Assembly (NCBI RefSeq): GCF_001194135.2
Contig: NC_068983.1
Span: 149,795,964-149,839,640 of the forward strand
Origin: Octopus bimaculoides
Taxonomy: Eukaryota
Direction: 5' to 3'
Length of the DNA: 43,677 nt
Shown here: in pieces, positions 1 through 43,677 of the stretch
How the letters are laid out: each line of letters opens with the position of its first letter
Position numbering within the stretch: position 1 is the stretch's first letter
Translations under genes and position numbers: made by a program
Notes under the pieces: generated by a model
Seen by the model: only the letters and a program-made list of their open reading frames with translations
Database searches by the model: none
What the model was told of the DNA's origin: nothing

Positions 1-1214
1 GTCCGGAAAGTTCGTGCCGATTTATAGTAGCTTACCTTTCGACTTATTTTAGAACATGGTTGAGTCCATAAAATAGGATTTGACTACACTTCCATTTAGA
101 GCACAGTTTAAGCTATCTTTTCGTGGAAGATTTATGTTCCTATAACTTCTGTTAATTTTGTAACCCTTTAAAATGGAAGATAAGAAAGTTAATTTTTGGC
201 ACTTGATGCTTTTCTTTTTCCGTAAAGAGAAAAATGCCTCACAAGCGATCAAAGAAACATGCGCAGTTTACGGTGATGTTTCTTTATTCGAAAGAACTGT
301 ATGGAAGTGGTTCGCAAGGTTCCGAGCTGGAGATTGTAGCCTTATTGATAAAGAGCAATCAGATAGACCATCCACTATAGATGATGACCAAATCAAGTCA
401 TTAATTGAGAATAACCCACATTGCACAACCCGAGAATTGGCAGAAAGCCTCAACCTATAAAATCCGTCGTTCATGAAGCTTGGGTACACAAATCGCTACG
501 ATGTTTGGGTACCCCATGAGTTGAGTGAGAAGAACCTTTTGGATCGCATTTCCATCTGTGATTCGCTTTACAAACGGAATGAAGCAAATTGTGACAGGTG
601 ATGAGAAATGGATTATCTACCGAAATGTTCAGAGAAAGCGATCCTGGATTAAGCGACATGACTCACTCTTAGCTACCCCAAAAGCGGGTCTTCATTCTAA
701 AAGAGTCTTGCTTTGTGTCTGGTGGGATTGGAAAAGAATTCTGTACTATGAGCTTCTCCCAAGTAACCAGACAATTAATTCTGAGAAATACTGCACACAA
801 TTCAAGAGAAACGTCCAGAATTGGCCAATAGGAAGGGTGTTGTTTTCCAACATGATAATGCAAGACCGCACGTTTCTTTGGGAACCAGACAAAAATTGCT
901 GCAGCTCGGCTGGGATGTGTTACCCCATCCTCCATATTCACCAGATATTACTCCTTCGGATTTCCACTTATTCAGGTCTCTGCAGAATAGTCTTAATGGT
1001 AAGAATTTCAATTCCTTGGATGACGTAAAAAGATACCTTGATGAATTCTTTGCCATGAAACCACCTCAATTCTGGGAAGAGGTTATTTTCAAGTTAAAAA
1101 AAAGATGGAGACGCATTGTGCAACAAAATGGTTCATATTTGGTTGATAAAAAATGTATTTATTGACCTTTTTCTTTCCTTTAAAAATCGGCACGATCTTT
1201 CGGGCAACCAAATA
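1..1214 (+). mobile_element. Mariner (D,D34D) DNA transposon, decayed; left TIR cut by the window edge
   Basis: 1-23 gtccggaaagttcgtgccgattt is an imperfect inverted repeat of about 1184-1214, which ends in TA. Transposase motifs lie between them. Confidence 0.9.
173..1165 (+). pseudogene. Frameshifted mariner transposase
   Basis: WVPHEL (about 505-522), VTGDEKW, HDNARPH and YSPDITPSDFHLF with exactly 34 residues between D2 and D3, split over several frames. Confidence 0.9.
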
Positions 1215-1640
1215 CATTATAGTGATAAACAACACTTCAGCATAACACCGACTGATAACATCATCAAAAACTTAGTGTGGAGTCTATCTGGGACACAGCA
1301 CAACGTTGAAGTTAAAATTCGAAATGCCAAACGTTCAACAGTCCTAGGACTCGAAAAGCTACGGATCAAATATTTAAATATTCCCTTGAATGAATATAAA
1401 TCTCTTCTTATATAATTCATACTATGTGCTCGGCATCATTATTTTACTTACTGCTCATCTATGCCTTTGTGAACTTCAGTGTTATTTTTTATAACCGGAG
1501 CAAAAGGATCATAAGAATGTTCATATGGAAAAATTCAGGAAAATATAGATTATAATTGGATAAAAGCTTGGTTGTTGTCTGGGATCCGTCATATGTTGAT
1601 GAAATAAAAATATTTTATGCTATGTGTTTTCTCCTTTCAG

Positions 1641-41456
<39,816 letters not shown>

Positions 41457-42566
41457 GTATGTGCTTTGAATTGATGTTCTTTTCTAGTGTGCTAAGAATC
41501 CAAGGACGTGTTAAATAGTGAACATATTCATTGATTTCACAAGTCTGGAAAGTGTGATAACACTTGACTAAATTCCTTTCATCTAGTCACATATCATCAG
41601 TTAAAATCCCAGCAGGTTTGGTCATGCTTTTCATTTCTCCAGAGTCGATAAAATAAATATAGTAAGATAGTGGAGGGGTCCATCAAACTACTTACATCTT
41701 TTTCCAAACGACTGATTTTCTAAGTCTTGTGCCGATGCAAGAAATCATTATCATTGACTTTTCAAAGTTGCTGGAGAATCAGGATCAAGAGAACGCCAAC
41801 GTAAATGCTTTAAAATATTCTGGATACAAATACCAATGAGTCACAGAAATGAGCGACTGTTATGTCTGAGATTAATTTAATCAGCTATATTATTCACTTT
41901 TGAATGTGTTTATGCCTTATGCCTAGCTATAGTTACTGCACTAATGTCTTCGGGAAAGACATGAGTTAACCAGCTTCCTGTTTTAACCGTTGTAAAACTT
42001 TGAGCTTAAAATCCTACGCGAGAAATTGTGATTATGATTTTCATTATCATCATTAATATCTTCTTCTCCCTCCTCTCCCTCCTCTCCCTCCTCATCATTA
42101 CCATCACTATCATTATCATGACCAGTAGCATCAATATGATCCTCTTTATCATCATCAGCACCATTACCACCATCATCACCACCATCACCGCCACAGCCAC
42201 CGCAACCATCACCACCATCGCCACCATCGCCGCCACTACCACCACCACCGCCGCCTCCGCTGCCGCCTCCGCTGCCGCCTCCGCTGCCNNNNNNNNNNNN
42301 NNNNNNNNNNNNNNNNNNNNNNNNNNNNNNNNNNNNNNNNNNNNNNNNNNNNNNNNNNNNNNNNNNNNNNNNNNNNNNNNNNNNNNNNNNNNNNNNNNNN
42401 NNNNNNNNNNNNNNNNNNNNNNNNNNNNNNNNNNNNNNNNNNNNNNNNNNNNNNNNNNNNNNNNNNNNNNNNNNNNNNNNNNNNNNNNNNNNNNNNNNNN
42501 NNNNNNNNNNNNNNNNNNNNNNNNNNNNNNNNNCCGTCGTCATCGTCGTCGTAATTATGAAAGAGT

Positions 42567-42830
42567 AGAATCATTAGAGCGTAGAATCATTAGAGCGTAG
42601 AATCATTAGAGCGTAGAATCATTAGAGCGTAGAATCATGAGAGCGTAGACCTGTGTTTGTTCCGGGTCTTTACATTCTGATTCCAAATCTGGTCGATGTC
42701 AGCTTTGCCTTTGATCCTTCTAGGGTTCGATCGACCAAAGTCCTAGTAAAGTACAGAGGTTGATTTAATGGACTAACCCCTGCTCCCATATTTGTGGCCT
42801 TTTTCCTGTGTTAGAAATTATTACAAATGA
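42567..42830 (+). mobile_element. Degenerate SINE whose head is a 16-bp tandem array
   Basis: Five copies of AGAATCATTAGAGCGT (42567-42646), then the SINE body (CTTTGCCTTTGATCCTT..GATCG) and a TTAGAAATTATTA end. Confidence 0.65.
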
Positions 42831-42855
42831 CTTAAGACTACTATTACATGTTCTC

Positions 42856-42895
42856 ATCGCTTTTCGGCCTTTTGGCTAAGATCAAAGCGTAGTAT
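42856..42895 (+). pseudogene. 3'-truncated U2 snRNA retro-fragment (about nt 1-39) with target-site duplication
   Basis: ATCGCTTTTCGGCCTTTTGGCTAAGATCAAAGCGTAGTAT versus U2 ATCGCTTCTCGGCCTTTTGGCTAAGATCAAGTGTAGTAT. Flanked by TATTACATGTT(C/T)TC at 42842-42855 and 42893-42906. Confidence 0.9.
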
Positions 42896-42952
42896 TACAT
42901 GTTTTCGTTCTTCCAATCGCAGTTGGATATAGAGTTCTTCATATATTGGTTT

Positions 42953-43136
42953 CTACTTTTTGGCACAAAGCCAGCAATTTCGTGGGAGGGCATAAGTCGA
43001 TTACATTTTACCAACCCCTGAAGGATGAAAGGCGAAGTCGACCTCGACGGAATTTGAACTCAGAACGTTAAGACGGACAAAATACTGCTAAGCCTTTTGC
43101 CTGGTGTGCTAGCAATTCTGCCAACTCACCGCCTTA
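42953..43136 (-). mobile_element. tRNA-derived SINE with an internal deletion
   Basis: Reverse complement of the head, B box and central block. Confidence 0.8.
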
Positions 43137-43276
43137 GAGTTGTTCATATACTAAAAGACAGGCCACATCAATAATCCATGACATCTATGCACAGGATATG
43201 AAGACTCCTAAAACAGCCTGGTTCTTCTTTTTGGTATTGTTTTCGCTTCGGTAGCGTAATATCATGTGACCATGCA

Positions 43277-43477
43277 TAACGGTGAGCTGCTAGAATCGTT
43301 AACACGCCGGACAAAATGCTTAGTGGCATTTCGTCCGTCTTCACGTTCCGAGTTTAAATTCCGCCGAAGTTGACTTTACCTTTCATCCTTTCGGGATCGA
43401 TAAAATAAGTACCAGTTGAGCACTGGGGTCTTATGTAATCGGCTTACCTCCATCCCCTTGTGCCAAAATTTGAAACC
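43277..43477 (+). mobile_element. tRNA-derived SINE
   Basis: GGTGAGCTGCTAGAATCGTT..AAATTCCGCC..CCTTTCATCCTTTCGGGATCGATAAAA..GCCAAAATTTGAAAC. Confidence 0.82.
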
Positions 43478-43677
43478 TATATCATCTTACCATGGTACTT
43501 TGTCCCAGAAAACATCTGACCAGATAGTTTTTAATACATCTGGGTATTTTCTGCACCCTCTCTGTTTAACAGAGAGTAATTTGATCTGACGATTGTATGT
43601 TTCCTTGTAAAAATACCAGTTAGTAACTTCCATTACAGACTGAAGCAGGGATCAGGTGACGATTTTCTACTGTATTT

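Noticed and set aside
42567-42646. CRISPR-like array
   Set aside because: The units are contiguous with no spacers, the context is eukaryotic, and no cas genes are present.
42856-42895. Functional U2 gene or a Utopia/Keno insertion site
   Set aside because: There is no Sm site or 3' stem-loops. No LINE sequence follows the truncation, and the flanks form a direct repeat.

Overview
AT-rich, microsatellite-dense, gapped eukaryotic DNA. The repeat families suggest an octopus or other coleoid cephalopod (inference from recognised repeats, not a search result). The window is the interior of one large + strand gene. Eight exons can be reconstructed with canonical AG/GT sites and compatible phases: 1641-1708, 7914-8116, 12931-14480, 17325-17392, 20652-20797, 22171-22743, 33055-34743, 41337-41456. 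They total 4417 nt (about 1472 codons) and encode SEA domain / Ser-Thr mucin-like stalk / SEA domain / two more Ser-Thr stalk exons / calcium-binding-type EGF. Both gene ends lie outside the window. The introns hold two decayed mariner elements (one with an internal inversion), at least six R4/Dong-like retrotransposon fragments stacked in (TTA)n tracts, a near full-length RTE LINE ending in three C2H2 fingers, Penelope-type repeats with minimal hammerhead ribozyme motifs, a foldback element, a solo LTR with 4-bp TSD, many tRNA-derived SINEs and a 40-nt retroposed U2 snRNA fragment. No CRISPR array, rRNA or credible tRNA gene was found. Most short ORFs in the track are microsatellite or N-gap artefacts.
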